Positions 12,700-25,080 of a stretch of 64,000 nt of DNA are shown in pieces; position 1 is the first letter of the stretch; every line of letters starts with the position of its first letter. Under the pieces are notes generated by a model, which saw nothing but the letters and a program-made list of their open reading frames with translations, was not told where the DNA came from and searched no databases. The stretch spans positions 49,290,001 to 49,354,000 of the forward strand of contig NC_043003.1 in NCBI RefSeq assembly GCF_006345805.1, written 5' to 3'. The DNA comes from Octopus sinensis (lineage: Eukaryota). The position numbers and the translations under genes are program-made.

Positions 12700-13990
12700 A
12701 ATAAAATACGAAGATAGGTGTTTAAACAACAAACAGGTGTATTAGTTTAACGCTTGGGAAGGTGAGAAAGTGTTTCATGTTTCGAGCATACGCTCTTCAA
12801 TAGAAAGGAATACGAGAAAATAAACAGAGAGAATAAAAAAAAAGTGCTTTAGGGGCTAGCAATCGATCATGGCGATGGCTGGACAGAGGTAGTCAGACAG
12901 GAGAGCTAGGAAGAAAGGGAGATAATAAAATAATGATGATCCCGAAGTGAAGGTGCGCGTGCGTGGGAGAGATGGTGGGGTTGGAATGTGTAGCGGTGGG
13001 ATAGAGGGGGTAACGATGAAGGGAGTGGGTGGAAGGGAGAACGTACGTAGGAGTGAAGAGAGGAAGTAGGTGTGAGAGGAAAAGAGGAGAGAAGAGGACA
13101 GTTGAGTCCATGTGGCGCAAAGGAACGAAGAGAGAAGAATAAATTTGTTCACAGCGAAGACGGGAGACCGGATGGCCTCCGTGCTGAACACAGGCAGGCG
13201 TTGTAAAGAATAACCGTTTGAGCGGAAATGGCGCGAGATTGGGGTGTCGATGCTGAGTCAGCAAGCGGCGTCCCGTTTGACCTATGTACAGAGAAGGACA
13301 GACAGAGTAGGAAATGCAGTAAATGACGTTGCTAGAAGTGTAGATGAAGGAGTCAGTGATATGATAGGGACGATGATGGGTGTCTGTGAGGATGGTGATG
13401 TGGGAGGAGTAGGGGCAAGTGCAGTAGCGTGAGCGGGAGCAGGGGAACGTGCCGGGTTGAGAGGTGGGGTTAGGGAAGAAACTGTGGACCAAGAGGTCAC
13501 GTAGGTTGTGGGCACGTTTGGAGGGGTCGGACTGAATTCGCCGGAAGACTCGGAGAATGATGCGTTGGAGAGGCAAAGTGGATGGGTGGTAGGTGAGGGG
13601 AAACAGGAAACAAGTAACGATGTGGCTGGTGCAGAGAGAGAGAGAGAGACAGAGACAGAGAGAGAGAGCAGATACACGGTCCATAGAACGGGTTCTGGCA
13701 AGGGCGGTGTGCATAGTGATGAAGGGATATCCACGAAGTATGAAGTGGCGAGCCATGAGTTGAGACTGAGTCTCAAAGTCATGGCTGTCACTGCAGAGCC
13801 TGCGTAGGCGGAAAAATTGGGAATAGGGGATGATGAGCTTGGTGTGTTTAGGGTGGGAGGAGGAGGAGAAGTTGAGTTATGAGTATGAGTCTGTGTGTTT
13901 GTGGTTGATGATGGTGGTGAGAGTGGAGTGATGATTGCTGACCGAAATGTCGCGACGCAAGTGTTGGAAATAGTGCAGGAGAATTCGAGA
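12700..13990 (-). mobile_element. Penelope-like element, 3' fragment (RT thumb, GIY-YIG endonuclease, terminal repeat)
   Basis: FSCTI..DISV..SSHPKHTK..YSQFFRLRRLCS; GTFPCSRSRYCTCP; NVIYCISYSVCPSLYIGQTGRRL (GIY-YIG); HHR-like motif at 12777-12803; several frameshifts. Confidence 0.88.
12777..12803 (-). ncRNA. Hammerhead-like motif in the PLE terminal repeat, core mutated
   Basis: CTATTGA-a-GAGC-gtat-GCTC-GAAAC-at: perfect stem II and GAAAC, but the CUGANGA core is altered. Confidence 0.5.
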
Positions 13991-14520
13991 TATATGTATA
14001 TATATATATAATATACATCCTATATATATATACTATATATACATATAATATATATATATATATATACATTATATATATATGTATATATGTTATAATATCA
14101 TTGTATTGTATAATACATCATATATATATATGTATATATGTGTGTTCACACCCACACCCACACATACACACACATAAAAGACGGGAGACAGGAGATAGCT
14201 ACAAGATGGCAATAAAGCATTGACTCAGGTACTACATAAACCTCCTACGTGACAGAAATGTGACATAAATCTACCATGAAAACCAACTCACCCAGTGCTT
14301 TGCCATCTAGCTTGGCGTTGCCTGAACGACATCACTTGTCAATATACATTATGCAGCAACGGAGAGAACCATCTACAGACTTCTGATAAATAGAAATATA
14401 TATGCATGCATATTTTCATACTTACATTTATGTATATAGCTATGAATGTGTACATACATACATACATCCACATGCACATACACACATGAGTACAGTCACA
14501 CATACATTCATATATCACGT

Positions 14521-14810
14521 CGGTTTCGACGATAACTGTTTCAGTTGTTCGAGTAATAAAGCTGTCTATTTGCTGATCTAGTGTGCAAAGGGTTGAATAT
14601 TCCTCAAACAAGAGTATATTTAACGTGATTTTCATGGAAAATCGGTGAGCCACAAAGCTTGGCCTTATTAATTCCAAGTTCAGGCTATCTAAAGGGTTTT
14701 CGAACATTTCTCGTACGTCAAAATATTCCTCACATAACTTTGGTCAAATCGAAACTTGGATGTGATATCGAAATCTGGAACCTCGTGATAGCGAAGCGAA
14801 TGTCTTAATT
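14521..14810 (-). mobile_element. Possible PLE 3' relic
   Basis: Weak similarity to GIY-YIG C-termini (FDITSKFRF..RNILT..RPS..ITLNIL) followed by ctga..cagttatcgtcGAAACcgac. Confidence 0.3.
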
Positions 14811-14961
14811 TGATACCAGCTTTTGTGTATGTGTGTGTGTGTGTTTGTATACACGCACACGCACATAGACATAGTATACACACATACATAGGCACATATA
14901 AACACACACACATACACACACACACAAGCATATATATATATGTATATATATATAATATATA

Positions 14962-14992
<31 letters not shown>

Positions 14993-15331
14993 CAAAATAA
15001 GAAAATAAGAAATAGATGTTAACATTAATGACATTTTGTAAATTAATATAAATTAATATAATGTACTCTTGACTCTGTATATCTGCATTTGAGTATTAAT
15101 ATGTGTATGTTTTCTACATTGTAATATCATAATATTAAATTGAAAAACTGTAACATTGAATATGGAACATATGTACGTTTATTGATTTATATTATTTATA
15201 TTATTATGTATATGTATATGTATATGTATAGGAGTATGAGTATATGCACTCATATGTATGTGTATATGATATATTATGGGTATGTACCCACACTTATATG
15301 GGTGTATATTTAATTTGGTTTGTATTTCATA

Positions 15332-15458
15332 ATCTCCGAAGAGGCCTTGGGATATTTTTGTAAATGTCTCATTTATAACTACATATTGACCTATCACACA
15401 TGGCTAATATAAGTAAAATGAGGCACCCATATCTGCATGGCCGAAACAGCTGTAAGAT
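15332..15458 (+). ncRNA. Type I hammerhead motif with a 92-nt stem II extension (solo PLE-type terminal repeat)
   Basis: atct-CCGAAGA-GGCC-[92 nt]-GGCC-GAAA-CAGCT-GTA-agat. Stem I atct/agat, palindromic stem III ACAGCTGT, GUA triplet; U4 is C. Confidence 0.6.
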
Positions 15459-15743
15459 ATAGTTTATATTTATATTTATATTTATTTATATTCTCTTATA
15501 CATATTGTACCTATTGAATCATATTGCTCCTTCATGTACACTGTTTTGTTCTATATTATTATGTTTGACCTTAATGTTCATATGTAGTGGTTTAATAAAG
15601 TATGTGATTGGTTATTATCTGGTAGTTGATAATTGATTTAATTGATAATTGTCCTTACCTTCGGAAAGCGGAGTAGATAAAACAGGGTACAACTGATGAA
15701 GGGAATGTTCTTTCTGTTGCACATGTTCCGTTTCTCCTCTGTT

Positions 15744-15800
<57 letters not shown>

Positions 15801-15942
15801 CTATATAATATATATATATATATATATATACTGTATGTATGTATATAAACACAAGCGTCCAATAACACTATATAAGTATATATACATACTTATATACATA
15901 TATATATATATCTATTTGCAATATATACATAGATAATATATA

Positions 15943-15986
<44 letters not shown>

Positions 15987-16100
15987 CATCTGCACACACA
16001 TATATATGTACACATATGTCCATACATATACATAGGTGTATGTATTTATATGTTTTGTATGCATATAATGTATGTGTGTGCGTTTATATGAAGAAGGTGA

Positions 16101-16143
16101 GAGTGACTTCGAAGTTTCGGCCTTCTGGACTTCGTCGGACTAC
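16101..16143 (-). ncRNA. Hammerhead motif, single arm of the 1128/52296 family
   Basis: agt-CCGACGA-a-gtcc agaa ggcc-GAAAC-ttcgaa-GTC-act. Stem I agt/act, stem III ACT/AGT; U4 is C. Confidence 0.55.
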
Positions 16144-16330
16144 AAAAATGTATTGAATAATCTTTCATTTCAATGTTGAATTGTTTTATAGCTTTTCCTT
16201 CTTTCGTTCTTCCTTCCTTCCTTCCTTCTTTTCTGTCTTTCTTTCTTTCTTTCTTCCTCCTCTCTTCCCCTTCTCTGTCTCTCTGTCTCTGTCTGCTTTT
16301 GTCTTTCTGACACTTTTGTCTCTGTTTCTG

Positions 16331-16417
<87 letters not shown>

Positions 16418-16464
16418 ATGTATATATAATATATGTATATGTGTATGTATATAATTATATATAT

Positions 16465-16498
<34 letters not shown>

Positions 16499-16919
16499 AT
16501 ATATATACATACATGCATACATATATATATAATATTTACACATATATGCGCGTGTATGCACACACGCCGACACATATATACGCGTGTCCATTATATTTAC
16601 TCTCAAATTTCTTTTCTGGTGTACAAGCCAATATTTCTGTGTCTCTCATACCGACGTACATACATATTTACGTGCATATATTGCATTATATATATATATA
16701 TATATATATATCGTGTTATGCGTGTGTGGTGTGTGGTGTGTTGGGCTGTTGTGGGTGCGTGTGTGTCTGTAATCATGTCTGTCTGTCTGTATGTTTGCAT
16801 AAAACTCTAAAACACCTATGAATCGGATGGTTGACTTTTATATATTATATTATCGTATTATAAACAAACACATTAACACACACACACACACCTACTCATT
16901 CACAATGGTAAATACATAG

Positions 16920-16958
<39 letters not shown>

Positions 16959-17187
16959 CACAAAGACGCAGAAGCAGATATACTCGCCTTCCACCTTACT
17001 CTACCCAAACAAATAGACATACAACAACATACAATAACAACAAACACTACCCAGTCGGACACAATGCAATGCAATTATTTAATATGTTCAAATCGATGGC
17101 GATTTCTGTCTGCCAGCGATACTGTCCGAAGCAATAACAAATAGTCTGGAACTGGAAGTTACTTGTATGCTTAAATATCTCCACTTC

Positions 17188-17445
17188 ATTCTTCTTCTCT
17201 TCTTCTTCTTCTTCTTCTTCTTTTCTTCTTCTTCTTCTTCCTGTCTTCTCTCTTCTTTCTTCTTCTTCTTCTTCTTCTTCTTCTTCTTCTTCTTCTTCTT
17301 CTTCTTCTTCTCTTCTCCTCCTCCTCCTCCTCTCCTCTCTTCTTCTTCTTCCTCTCTCTCTATATATGTATATATGTATATATATATATATATATTATAT
17401 AATATATATATATATATATATATACGTACGTATGTATGTATATAT
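17188..17445. repeat. Compound (TTC)n-(TCC)n-(CT)n-(TA)n microsatellite
   Basis: Direct reading; a similar cassette lies at 22548-22720. Confidence 0.9.
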
Positions 17446-18129
17446 ATATAATTGCGAAGTTTGCGTTCTTCTTCTTCTCTTCTTCTTCTTCTCTCTCTCT
17501 CTCTCTCTCACTGTATACCTATGCGTGTAAGTGTTTGTGTGTGTGCGTGCGTTTATGTATGTATGACTGTGTGTGTGTGTGTGTGTTTGTACTGCGTAGT
17601 GTTAAAATTTAAACGGGTTCTGTTAATAGACATTATTCTTAATATTTAAGTTTCGAACTAGCAGTCATCAAGCACTCATGTCTTAGTAGATTGTCCAAGA
17701 AACATTTGAAGGCATCATTGACTTGTTGTTCACACTTGGTAAATATATATCACCACAGAAGCTGTTAAACAGAAAACTTTGGCAATCTTTTCTTTGGTGT
17801 ACATAGTCTTCCTTCAATAGAGTAGGAGATTTTGAAACGTTTTCCATGTCAATGGTGTGTGAAATTTTCTCCCCCTTTTATATATTACTATCTTTTCTTT
17901 TAGCGTTTAAAATATTTCGTTCAAATCTAACAGAATTATAAGGGTCTTATCGGAAATAGTTTTCTCCTAAAGCAGGCCATAAATCTCGTTTGATAACACG
18001 TAGTAACATTTTACTGCTCTTTTAGTTGTTAAAACTACTTTTCAAATATTTAATGCTTTGAAATTTTTTTCAGAGTCCGAGTGAAAATCGTAGATGTTTT
18101 TGCTGTTGTTATTAATGTTCTATCTGTGG

Positions 18130-18364
18130 TTTAGACCAAGATCAACTCTAACTGAGCAAAGAGGTTCCATCCATGACTATACCGCCTTTCGTTCCAGCAT
18201 TGCGAATCTAGTACTATATTATGCAATGTGTCCTAACAGAACAGAAACAGAAATAGTTTTTTAAAGAAAGTCTTGATTGCTATTTCTAGTAGGCCGGATG
18301 ATCGATTAGAAACTCTTACTTAGACATGGAAGTAGTAACAGCAGCACAGATGTAGCAGTAGACA

Positions 18365-18408
<44 letters not shown>

Positions 18409-18600
18409 TGGGTTCATGTAGTAGTTATGTAGTCCAGGTCAATCCCAATTGAACAAACCATCCCATTTTTTTTTTTATGTTTCGGAGTTTCTAGGATCCC
18501 ATTCTGGAATGTGTTCATTTCCTGATTAAAACAGTAAGATATGATTTGAGAGTGATTTATCTACTATATCAAGCAAGCAGATCAGTTTTGCTTGTCAGCT
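18130..18600 (+). repeat. Two copies of an old interspersed repeat (..tgattgctatttctag..gg..gatc..)
   Basis: Related degenerate copies at 29450-29590 and 29650-29790 (minus strand), 36690, 47650-47820 and 56910. Confidence 0.5.
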
Positions 18601-18824
18601 AGACAGAGCTCCTTCTCGAATGAACCATATCCGTTAGGATGCCTTTATCATAGTGGAATTAAGAAAGATGTATCTTTACCATGAGAAGATACTTCGTAGG
18701 GTAACAACAGGGTTAACTCAAGGTTAAGTGCAGTCAACTGAATCGGTACTTCGGTATATTACTGGTTTTTATCCGAAGTAATTGACAGAGTTGTTAGAGC
18801 ATCGTGTAAAATGCTTTATAGTAT

Positions 18825-19950
18825 ACTAGCAGAGATACCCGGCGTTGCCCGGTTACATTCAATTGAAGAATTAGACTTTTCTGTTAAATCTTCTGTAATG
18901 AACTGGAATATCTATGTTTCGAATTTCATCAAAATTGCAGATGAGAGTTATTTCCCTCTTTACACACCCTAAAAAATTGTAATCGTGCCACCATGTATCC
19001 CATACTACTGATTTTTATGCGCATATTCCAAAATTCTAGTCTTATTGAACCTGTTAAAAAGATTTTGCTCCTGAAAAATGAAGGTCATGGAGCTCTAAAA
19101 TGTGAGAGTAAAGGCCCCTGTTGGGGGTTGGCATCTTAATTTCAACCAGAGAAGTTGAATTGTTGAAAATCTTTTAAACTCGGGTCTTATATCTATTGTT
19201 TGAATTTTTTTGAAATAGGAAATATATGTTCACTGGACAGAATAAATTTAAAATCTGTAAATGTCTTTGAATAACTAGTCACTCATCTGGGAAGGCCTTG
19301 AAATCAATGTTACCATCTGGGGACAATGTGCGACCGTCTGATAATAAAAAGACTGAAAGTAGGTCCGCAATCAAATAACTTTAATTTGCAACTGAATCAG
19401 TGGAGGCAAAGATGCCTCTCATTTACTTGACAATTTATGCACCACATTGCAGAAATCACAATGTAAGTGTATGTCAAAGCAAACTGTTACACTGTTGCAC
19501 CATTGAATTAGAAATAATGCCCAACTTTTATGCTCGGGTAACCCTACAGCTTCCAAGAGCACAACTGTATTCGTTTTTGCTTAGATAAAATGACAAAATT
19601 GTGGGTGTTAACTTTGTAAGAAGATGAAATTTTATAAATATTACTTCATTTGTATATTACTTCATTACTTCATTTATATGGCGGTGCCCCAGCATGGCCA
19701 CAGCTCGTGAGCTGAAACTAGATAAAATAAAAATAAAAATAAAATAAATAATTTGTGTCTAATATCTATGGTTAAAATTTCCTCAACAACAAAAATATAT
19801 GAATTGTCATGGGGGTTATGGCCCTAATGCATAGAATATAATTTCCAAATTTCATAAAGATCCATTTAGTACTTTTGACCTGGTTTTGGATCATAAAAGA
19901 AATTACTAAAATTTGGGAGTTAAGGCTCCATTAGGGGTTTTTATATATAT
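18825..19950 (+). mobile_element. Putative non-autonomous Helitron-type element (Lep1/HINE-like termini), with a SINE tail inserted at 19680-19745
   Basis: 5' ACTAGcag..cccggcgttgcccgg subterminal hairpin; 3' end ..ttttatatatat; no ORF. Confidence 0.45.
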
Positions 19951-20474
19951 ATATATATTATATATATATATATATATATATTATATTATATATATATATA
20001 TATATATATTATTATATATATATATATGGAGAGAGAGAGAGAGAGAGAGAGTGATACACACACACACATACAAAGATAAATTGATAGATACAACTGAGTG
20101 GGCAAACAAAAATATGAGACACAGCCTAGTGCTTTTTTATGTCGATAAGCCTTGTACTTATTCTATTAGTTTGTTCTTGTGAAATCAGTAAGTCATGTGG
20201 ATGTAAATAAATGAACAGCAATTGTGAAGCAGTGATGAGGGCGAAATACAGAGACAAAGACACTCACATACACTTACATATATACATACATATATATACG
20301 ATTGATTTGTTTCAGTTCCTGTCTACGAAATCCATATATATTGTTGTTGGCATCCTTTTTGTCTCGGGAGACAATGGAGTTGCGCATAAAATAATCTAGT
20401 CCGGCTTTTACATTTCATGTCCTAATACATCTCCTGCTGTGGCTGTGTAGTCCTATCCTGGACAAACACTCTCT

Positions 20475-20663
20475 CTGGCAGGTGAGCATATTGAGAAATG
20501 CGCAAAGCAACTACTACCACAATTTTTAATCTTTCCATTCTATCAACGTGCTATTGGAACACCAACACAAATTAGATTAAACAAAGAAACATTCTTCATT
20601 GAAAAATATAAGCCTGAACTTAACCATCATAATATTCTTATACAGAGAAACTCATTCCATTAA
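20475..20663 (+). mobile_element. PLE GIY-YIG C-terminal fragment
   Basis: Translates EHIEKCAKQLLPQFLIFPFYQ..IRLNKETFFIEKYKPELN, which resembles PLE endonuclease C-termini. Confidence 0.55.
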
Positions 20664-20932
20664 AAAATAAATAAAGTGATTGTCTCCCTTATACCGGAAG
20701 AAATCCCTTATTACCTCCCCCTGCCTGGAACTCTCCTTTGCACTTCATAACGAAGACATGACACGATGTAGGTAAAGAACATTGAGAAATTGAAAAGTTT
20801 ATACGAAAGCGGTTTTTCTCCCAAAACTATGTTACAATACACAAAATTTTATAACATTTTTCTAACATAACAACTTAAATATATTCTTTAACCTTATAAA
20901 ACAACCCCTTCTGTAGTTTTTTCACTCTTTTC

Positions 20933-20980
<48 letters not shown>

Positions 20981-21021
20981 TACATCTACATATATATATA
21001 CATATATATATATATTATATG

Positions 21022-21055
<34 letters not shown>

Positions 21056-21066
21056 CTATATATATA

Positions 21067-21099
<33 letters not shown>

Positions 21100-21100
<1 letters not shown>

Positions 21101-21475
21101 CTAGCAGTATCACCCGTGTTGCTTGGGTTTGTTTTCGACACCCTTTAGAATTGGAATTTTTGAAAAGTAAAAGTTTTGCATTATGCAACTTGTTATTCTC
21201 TTCAAGGGAACATTTTTCAAGTTGAAATACACCAAAAAATGGTGACACAGCAGTCAAAAATCGTAAACAAATAGGGATTTTTATAGAAAAAAAGCACCTT
21301 TTTGATGTCAATAATTTTTGGTGTTAACATGGTCCGATTTGAATTTTATCTTCTACAGAATGAAGAGCAAGCGTTCTTCTATCATACTCTCAATTTGGTC
21401 AACTTGTGCTGCAGGGTCTTGAAGGAGATAGTGTTAGTTGAAGGCTACCAAACATTCAGCTTTATATATAGAGAT
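21100..21475 (+). mobile_element. Putative non-autonomous Helitron-type element
   Basis: ACTAGcagtatcacccgtgttgcttggg ... cagctttatatatagagat. Same termini as 18825 and 40486; related 3' ends at 21500-21618 and 22140-22219. Confidence 0.5.
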
Positions 21476-22647
21476 TTGCTACACACTACTTTCCATCCTT
21501 AATAATGAAACTTGGTAGATCCAAAAGTTAAACACACAGGTACACACACAGATACACACACAGACACACACACAGATACACACACAGACACACAAGTTGA
21601 GTTTTATATATACAGATTTCTCAACGGGGATTTCAGGGGAGAGTTTCAGGGAGTCGCTGGCGATGTATCGTGATGATCAAAAATCCGGCCTGCTAAAATT
21701 TGGTTAAAGTGATTCAAACTGCAGACTCAACGCAAAATGGTCACATTTAATTCAAAGCGTTAAAAATGTTATGAAAACAATTGTATGTGTTCACAAAGTC
21801 CAAACGATTAATACGAAAAAGCCCTCCAGGCTACATCCCGAAAATTCATTTCTTTGCCGAATTTCTACAATGTTTACGGTGATTCGTTTTTATATCTTTA
21901 TTTTTTATTTTTTATGCAATGTACGCATGCTTGCACGCGTGGTAAACACAGTTCACGTCAAACAGCTGACTGAGTAAAGTTCACTATTCAATGCATGGGA
22001 TAAGGCCTAAACAAACACATTATCGATTTTTGCACTTGCGAGATGAATTTCGGAACAGAAATAGCGCAGTTCAATTTTCATTCGCCTAAACTTTAAGTGA
22101 CCCATTTTTGGTGGTTCTACGATTTGTTGGCTAGGAGGAGATGTGCCGGGAAGTTAAACATACAGACACACACACAGATACACACACAGACACACAAGTT
22201 GAGTTTTATATATATAGATGTTCCATTTTTCTCTCTTCTAGGTTCAAATTTATCTCTCTTTCTTTCTCCAAACACATACACCCACGCGTATACTTATATA
22301 CACACTGAAACCTATAAATATAAACACATTTTAAATCGACATGGTGAGTTTCACTTTGCCGCTTATCCAGTAGATTGAAGCAGGGAAACAGCGTGACAAA
22401 ATATTAGCAACAATATTCGTAGACACATTGAAAACCCAATTCTTGGACGGAATTTTGAGGTTTTGCAGAGTATTGCAAACACTGCTGTTCCATTTCCAGG
22501 TTTATATTGTTCTCCGATAATAACTTTACATAGATATATTCGTTATAATTGCGAAGTTTTCTTCTTCTTCTTCTTCTTCTCCACCTCCTCCTCCTCCTCC
22601 TCCTCCTCCTTCTTCTTCTTCTTCCTCTCTCTCTCTATATGTATGTA

Positions 22648-22704
<57 letters not shown>

Positions 22705-22724
22705 GTACGTATGTATGTCTCTTC

Positions 22725-23451
22725 TGTTTTTTAATTGTTATAAATCTTCCACTGAGGAGCGAGCCGGTTTCCAACAAAGACACAAGGCTCCATATTTAGG
22801 ATGTAGTTAACACAGACAAATTCCCTTTTGGAACTTGAGAAAAGACTTGCATATTTTTACTGTTCCACTCACAGATTGGACTTGTAATGTTCAAATCAGC
22901 CGGTCAATTTCTCTTTCTGAAATCCCAGTTTATTCAGATTCTCCTTTAAGCATTTACTAACAAAACCTAGTGCTCCAATTATAATTGGTATGTATATGAA
23001 CTGATATTATGGATATAGAAGCTGGAGGTTTCCAAGCAGTTGTCCATAAATATCCTCTTTTTCTTTGATTTTCAAAGAGATCTTCATATCTGCAGGGCAG
23101 ATAGCCTTTATGATGATATATACCATTGCCCCTCTGTCCCAAACAACAATATCCGGCCTGTTATGTTTACATTTGACAGAAGTTTTGATGGAAATATTCC
23201 ACCAGTATTTCTTGAGTTGGTGTTTATGAATGTATTCAATAACAGAGTAATTTTCTAAGTTTATATCAGGACAATCTTTTTTGCGGAGGGCATTGCAAAT
23301 TGTTTTAGCAATAACATCGTGCCGCATAGGGATGTGGTACCGTGACGACATTTTAGGACAGCTGCTAATCACATGCGTAATGTCTACTTGACATAGCCTA
23401 CACATGCGGTTGCACCTTGGGATTACAAGAGCGCCACTGACTCTCTTGTTG
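22725..23451 (-). mobile_element. 5'-truncated RLE-type (R4/Dong-like) non-LTR retrotransposon: CCHC, restriction-like endonuclease, 3'UTR
   Basis: CRLC..ITHVISSCPKMSSRYHIPMRHD; HNRPDIVVWD; KEKEDIYGQL; IIIGALG; TLQVQSVSGTVKICKSFLKF. Confidence 0.85.
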
Positions 23452-24515
23452 ACTGAAATGTCGAGAAAGGCGACTGAGGTGGCAAAAATAGTGCAAGAGA
23501 AGTGGAGGGCGGGATGGAAAGATTTGACAAAAGAGAGGAAGGAGTCTAGATGTTCGCGCGAGTGTGAGGTCGCACCGATACAGTCGTCAATATAACGATC
23601 GTATAGTTCAAGAGTGGGACCAGTAAAACTTGAGAATATTTAGGCCTCAACGTAGTCAACGAACAGGTTTGCTTAGTTGGGGGCCTATTCTTGTTCTCAT
23701 GGCCACTCCCGAGAACTGATGGTAAACATCACACGTGAACGAGAAGCAGTTAAATGAGAAGACAAGTTCAGCCAGACGAAGGAGTGTGGATGTGTCAGGT
23801 TGGGGGTTGGGTCGAAGGTCAAGGAAATGCTGGAGTGCACGCAGCCCCTCGTGGGGAGAGATCACCGTGTATAGACTCTTGAGGTCAAGAGTGAAGAGAA
23901 GATTAGAGGGACCAGGAGGGAAGGACAAAGAGTTGAAAAAACGAAGAGCATAGTTGGTATCATGGATGTGAGAGGAGAGGGAAGCCACTAGAGGAGCAAG
24001 AACACGGTCAAGATATCTGGAGATGAGTTCGGTGGGGCAGTTGCAGGCGGAGTCGATGGGGCGGTCAGGGTTGTTAGGTTTGTTAGGATTTTGGGGAGGA
24101 ACTAAATTGCGGACAATGAGGTTACAGGCGGTGTTGGCAGACGGGAGCAGGAGATGAGGTCATGGACAGTGGAGGACACAGTCTGTTGGTAGCTGGGATT
24201 GGGGTTGGAGGGCAGAGGGCAGTAGAAGGTGGTGTCTTGAAGTTGGCGGAGAGCTTCTGTTTTGTAGAGGTCTGCGCGCCACACCACCACTGCTCCACCC
24301 TTGTCGGCCGGTTTTATGATAATGTCCTTGCGGCGTCGGAGACATCAAAGGGCCGAGAATTCGGCTGGGGAGATGTTCAGATGTCGGGGACGCTTGGAAA
24401 AGTCAAACCGGTCCATAGCACGCTGGCAGACGCTCACAAGAAGATCGACTGCTTGGAATTGGCCAGGAGTCGGCGTCCGCTGGGATGATCAGCGGCCCAG
24501 GTCGGTGAATATATA
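23452..24515 (-). mobile_element. Penelope-like element, RT-domain fragment
   Basis: DKGGAVVVW..Y..EALRQLQD; LFTLDLKSLYTVI; LLRLAELV..N.F.F..YHQFSGVAM; RYIDD at 23583-23597; VAFLDISV; frameshifted. Confidence 0.88.
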
Positions 24516-24880
24516 GAATATATGTGTGTGTGTGAGTGTGTGTACATATTAGTAATCGTCAACAAATAATTGAAAGTTATAAACATTATACAATGTATTG
24601 AGTACCTATTTCATTTAATAAGCACAAAACACAATATGTAAATATTTCAATATGTAACTTGATATATTCATGTATATCTTCCTTTAGCTGTCCTTTAACC
24701 TGGTTTCGCCCCCTCTTTTTGAGCTTTCAGTTTATAGATACAGCTGAAAAGGAAATACTCTTGAAAATAAAATCGAGCCATACATTTGAATGAATATATA
24801 ATACATTTTTGATCTAGAATATATTACATATTTCAGTATAAAAGCTTGATTTAATTTCCATTTGTCTCCGGCGTCGACGC

Positions 24881-24989
<109 letters not shown>

Positions 24990-25033
24990 GGTATGATGTA
25001 AGTATGTAAATATATATGTATATATATATATAT

Positions 25034-25080
<47 letters not shown>

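Noticed and set aside
15655-15745. ctgatgaaggg motif as a hammerhead
   Set aside because: No downstream GAAA closing a stem II, and no consistent type II or III pairing.
12700-24515. One PLE split by a 9.5-kb insertion or intron (RT half at 23.4-24.5 kb, endonuclease half at 12.7-14.0 kb, same strand, correct order)
   Set aside because: The halves overlap by about 20 codons (FSCTI..VA..DISV) and differ clearly in that overlap, so they are separate copies.
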